DNA of 64,000 nucleotides from Strigamia acuminata (Eukaryota): NCBI GenBank assembly GCA_949358305.1, contig OX442314.1, positions 7,254,001 to 7,318,000 of the forward strand, read 5' to 3'. Shown piece by piece: positions 62,036 to 64,000 of this stretch (position 1 is its first letter; each line of letters starts with the position of its first letter). The notes under the pieces were generated by a model. It saw only the letters and a program-made list of their open reading frames with translations, ran no database searches and was not told where the DNA came from. The position numbers and the translations under genes were made by a program.

Positions 62036-62900
62036 GGAATGCAAGACACTCCAGCTACATAGCAACTGGAATTAGAAAATCGTCTGTGCAGAATGGGATG
62101 TGCAGTAAGAATTTAATTGTTAACACTTTGAATGTCACACCGTCACTGTGATGTGTGGTTATAAATATGGCCGAGGCTATTTCCCCAAACGTGTGGGGAA
62201 ATAACATGTACCTTATTTCCCCATACATGTGGGGAAATAGTCAGCCCTCACTGGCCAGGCTGTTTCCCCACACAATCTGATTGTGATCTGATTGTGTAAA
62301 CTGGAACCTCATTCTACGCTGGCAAGTGAAATTGTGAGTAATTTAATATTTTGCCACTAGGTGATAATACTTGTATAATACTTGCATAGCAGACAAGGGT
62401 ATGCAAGTAACTTATTATCACCTGTTGATGTCTGATGTTTAACCTAGAGGCAAAACACGAAAGTACTCGCAATCTCAATTGCCACCCTAGAGTGAGGATC
62501 CAATTTTTTTGAACACGACTGTACCTTTTCACGCCACCACAAAAGCAGGTAAAAAGATCATAACATCTACATTTATTCTATTCAATAATCAAATTGTTTA
62601 TACCCTATTTTAGCGATTGAGAGTAGCCCTCGAATTGTAGCCGCCCTCAAATTGTAGCCGCCCTCGAATAGTAGCCGCTCTCGAATAGTATTATTTAACC
62701 TCACGGACGATAAACGTACGCTTCGTTTGTGACGTTCAGACTTCGTTTGTTACATTAAACAAATGTAACAAATGAAAAACGGAAATTGCAATTGCTGACA
62801 AAAATAGCAGTTTTTAATAAGAGCCGCGACTATTCATCAACAAAATACACTAATCATCAATTGTCATTACAGAATAAACCTTGGATTTAAATAAGATACA

Positions 62901-63985
62901 ATGCGGAATAATAATTTGGTGAGGAGACTACGTCCTGCAATCCATCGATTGTTGAAGGATGATGCAAATACACTTCGATGCAACTTAGTTGGTTTGGATG
63001 ATTTCATTAACAGAGGAAAATATTGGACAAAGCGACACACCATTTGGCTACTTTTATTCTCATTTTGCATGTGCATGCTCACTTTATCAGATTTACGATA
63101 GGATAATGCATAACTTAAATTATCCTTCGGCTGTTGATGTAACGAATAGGTCGGAAGAGGTCGTTCTACCAAATTTGTTGATATGTAATAGCAATACAAA
63201 AGAAATGTCGAGACTTTGGAATAAATCTAACTCAAAATCCCAACCATCGCGTTTCGACTGCATTAACATGGTAAAAGCACTGATGGAAATCCCAACTTAC
63301 AGTCTAGAGGAAATTTGGGAAGCGAGTAATTTGACGAAAGAAGTAGTGAGCGTAAAAATAAAAGTGAAAAGATGGAATAAAGTAATTTTTACTGAGTTGA
63401 AGAAAAAATATTTAAATCTCTTTATTTTGCATAGGGATATTCTAATTCAAACAAAACATTTGTTCTGACAGAAATGATCAATTATCTGGCAATATGCTCA
63501 TCAATTCAATTTCGTAAGTATAATCAAAATTTACCACCATCAACTTCAATGGACTTTATTATTTATTGATATATAGCTAAGGCATCTAGCGAATCATTTG
63601 TCGGAAAAGTCGTAACAGCTAAAATAAAAACAAATTATGATGACATATGCCCTGCTCCGATATACAATGTAATTTTAATAAATTGCAAAAATAATTGTAG
63701 TCTACTTTTCTTTCTTCTGCCTTTAGCTTGGTCTTCATTTCTACGATTTTGGAAAATATTTTGGGATGGGACAACAATATGCCGGTGGAACAACAAAAGT
63801 TTATTTGAGTTATAACAAAGTAAAATTTTATCAAACAACGAAAGTTCCTATGCATCACCTTATTTTATTCAAAAATTTTAGTTTATTTTTCTGAATTCAC
63901 CAATAAATGAATGCTCCGGTGAAGACGAATACAAAGAATGTTATCTGAGGTGTTTATTGAAGAAATTTAAGAAGTTAACATGCAG
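62901..63985 (+). pseudogene. DEG/ENaC paralog 5, first five coding exons, continues beyond window; +1 frameshift in exon 1
   Basis: Exon structure matches paralog 3; extra T at ~63083 (ctc act tta tca vs ctc act tat cag), which could be a sequencing error. Confidence 0.75.
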
Positions 63986-64000
63986 GTAAAAAATCAAAAT

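Overview
Eukaryotic (very probably arthropod) AT-rich genomic DNA with spliceosomal introns; no prokaryotic features. The host backbone (15.7-64 kb, + strand) is a tandem array of five paralogous DEG/ENaC (pickpocket-like) channel genes. The copies long enough to read each encode TWO DEG/ENaC subunits fused head-to-tail (4 TM, ~801 aa in the fully reconstructable copy); the fusion point lies inside one exon and the intron-phase pattern repeats in both halves. Between channel copies lie two small two-exon genes for secreted CSalpha/beta peptides with scyllatoxin-type cysteine spacing, plus a deleted remnant of a third, so channel and peptide appear to have been duplicated together. Every channel copy visible here carries a lesion. 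Mobile DNA is dense. (i) A 12.3-kb intact Ty3/Gypsy element has apparently identical LTRs, a tRNA-Pro PBS, a -1 frameshift signal and an unusual three-exon, sense-strand accessory gene in the env position. (ii) A related 5.3-kb gag-only LTR element keeps the frameshift signal although pol is absent. (iii) A 5.4-kb Tc1-like DD35E transposon has an intact 3-intron transposase and a non-autonomous relative. (iv) The right part (1-15.2 kb) of a large, apparently nested TTAA-ending element carries palindromic GGGCCGTTAACGGCCC arrays and novel intron-containing cargo genes. (v) There are many MITEs, solo LTRs, a 1-kb palindrome and minisatellites. All gene models were spliced by eye; no database searches were run.
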